Source of the DNA: an uncultured Sangeribacter sp. | GTDB taxonomy: Bacteria; Bacteroidota; Bacteroidia; Bacteroidales; Muribaculaceae | Direction of reading: 5' to 3' | DNA: 64,000 nucleotides | NCBI GenBank assembly: GCA_964480745.1 | Contig: CAYZQA010000002.1 | Span: forward strand, 2,744 to 66,743 | Shown: piece by piece, positions 63,613-64,000 of the stretch | Numbering within the stretch: position 1 is the first letter of the stretch | How the letters are laid out: each line of letters starts with the position of its first letter | Translations under genes and position numbers: made by a program | Notes under the pieces: generated by a model | Told to the model about the DNA's origin: nothing | What the model saw: the letters and a program-made list of their open reading frames with translations, nothing else | The model's database searches: none

Positions 63613-64000
63613 GGAAGGCGTATAGGATTATGCCTAAGAAGAAAGTGAGGCCTGTCCATAGCTTTGCCGATCGGGAATAATCATGCGCTTCCAACGACAG
63701 TTTCTTCTTCTCATCCTCCGGCAGGTCTTTCGATCCGCCGGGATTATGGGCCGCGGCCCACGACCGACGGGTCATTATCCCGTAGTATATGGCCACAAAT
63801 CCCGTAGGCGGAAAGCAGAGCAACGTTAAGACTATGGCCGGGATAAGCATCGACACGGGCTGAATATCTGTGTCCGGCGTTTCCTCCATCAGCGGCCGGT
63901 TGCGACGGAAGATATAGGGATCTTCCGGATCCAACTCCAAGTTGGGGTCTGTCTCGGGTTGCTCCGGCTCGGGGGTAACGGCGGGAGCTGCCTGCGACGG
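63596..64000 (-). CDS. CD225/dispanin-family membrane protein (5' end outside window)
   Basis: Frame stays open to nt 64000 (track start 63940 is an internal TTG). Pro-rich N-part followed by a two-TM CD225-like region (LLCFPPTGFVAIYY). Confidence 0.55.
   Translation of the reverse strand, partial: PSQAAPAVTPEPEQPETDPNLELDPEDPYIFRRNRPLMEETPDTDIQPVSMLIPAIVLTLLCFPPTGFVAIYYGIMTRRSWAAAHNPGGSKDLPEDEKKKLSLEAHDYSRSAKLWTGLTFFLGIILYAFLTLRS

Noticed and set aside
1-64000. Search for tRNA, rRNA, tmRNA, RNase P, CRISPR, integrase, transposase or phage genes
   Set aside because: None recognised. The intergenic regions longer than 300 bp were read on both strands and contain only the elements listed above. 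A covariance-model scan is still needed to exclude structured RNAs that I cannot recognise by eye.

Overview
This 64-kb chromosomal segment reads as Bacteroidales (Bacteroidota). Supporting signs are TAnnTTTG -7 promoter boxes, almost no Shine-Dalgarno signal, a MurF-Alr fusion, DUF4831/DUF3098/DUF2851/DUF4492 genes and a T9SS-sorted protein. I call about 62 protein-coding genes, mostly housekeeping in a GC-rich background: nnr, xseAB, murF-alr, surE, mtaB, ftsX, uppP, truB, queA, recO, rbr, ispG, cysS, tcdA, copA, greA, sufE, a POT peptide transporter and a C69 dipeptidase. The 3' end carries a complete pseudaminic-acid cluster (pseI-B-C-F/H-G). Several visibly AT-richer islets interrupt this background: a three-gene lipoprotein operon (19.6-23.4 kb), a lone kinase-like gene (29.9-30.7 kb), a DUF3791-DUF3990-DUF3791 cassette (32.9-33.9 kb), a T9SS cargo gene and an AAA/DUF4143 ATPase. 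I saw no rRNA, tRNA, CRISPR, transposase, integrase or phage genes. The most interesting signals are non-coding. (1) A four-copy family of ~70-nt promoter-to-terminator modules shares a conserved 5' core, so I treat it as a candidate sRNA family. Two copies form near-identical inverted repeats around an 11.2-kb segment, and the core has a 13-nt complementary site in the 5' UTR of the POT transporter. (2) Sixteen in-phase 10-bp palindromic units fill the space in front of a glycosyltransferase gene. (3) A ~260-nt promoter-to-terminator unit sits ahead of murF-alr. (4) A REP-like palindrome family is present. Protein-level oddities are a binding-protein/legumain fusion split by one in-frame TAA, a cysteine-free thioredoxin fold, and an ART-like DUF3990 cassette. 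All calls come from reading the sequence and ORF track only. No database search or folding computation was run.
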